Shown one piece after another: positions 63,645 through 64,000 of a DNA stretch of 64,000 bases. The stretch comes from Octopus sinensis. Taxonomy: Eukaryota. The position numbers were made by a program, and so were the translations under genes. How positions within the stretch are numbered: position 1 is the first letter of the stretch; each line of letters opens with the position of its first letter. The stretch covers positions 4,154,001-4,218,000 of the forward strand of contig NC_043000.1 in NCBI RefSeq assembly GCF_006345805.1. Direction: 5' to 3'. The notes below the pieces were generated by a model that was not told where the DNA came from, did not search any database, and saw nothing but the letters and a program-made list of their open reading frames with translations.

Positions 63645-64000
63645 TCATCATCATCATCATTTAATGTCCGTTCTCCATGCTAGCATGGGTTGGATGGTTT
63701 TGACTGAGGGCTGGCAACCAGATGGCTGCACCAGGCTCCAGTCTTGATCTGGATATATATGTATATATATATATATATATATTCATATATACGACGGACT
63801 TCTTTCAGTTTCCGTCTACCAAATCCACTCAAAAGTCTTTGGTTGGCCCAAGGCTATAGCAGAAGACACTTGCCCAAGGTGCCATGCAGTGGGAATGAAC
63901 CCGGAACCATGTGGTTGGTAAGTAAGCTACTTACCACACAGCCACTCCTGCACCTATATATGGAATTCTCAGTTAAAAATTAAAAACATATCAATGAAAA

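Overview
This is AT-rich, microsatellite-saturated eukaryotic DNA. The SINE families and repeat landscape match Octopus/cephalopod genomes, which is my recognition rather than a database result. Almost every ORF in the supplied track is a microsatellite or transposon artefact. Only one convincing host coding exon is visible (48357-48440, + strand), so the window is probably mostly intron of a large, unidentified gene. The rest is mobile DNA: several tRNA-derived SINE families, RTE, CR1-like and L1/Tx1-like LINE fragments, Tc1/mariner, piggyBac-like and Helentron-type non-autonomous elements, a probable solo LTR, a 5S rRNA pseudogene fused to a SINE head, and a decayed Penelope-like ORF. The main observation is about 20 type I hammerhead ribozyme motifs on both strands. 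They belong to several distinct Penelope-like pseudo-LTR families, many inside long inverted duplications. Nearly all have a palindromic mini stem III, which implies cleavage as dimers. Several have recurrent non-canonical cores: CUGUNGAA with a loop-less ACGU stem III, a G3-C8 swap, CUNGAAGA, U4C, A6C and U10.1-U11.1. All folds were read by eye and no ribozyme activity has been tested.
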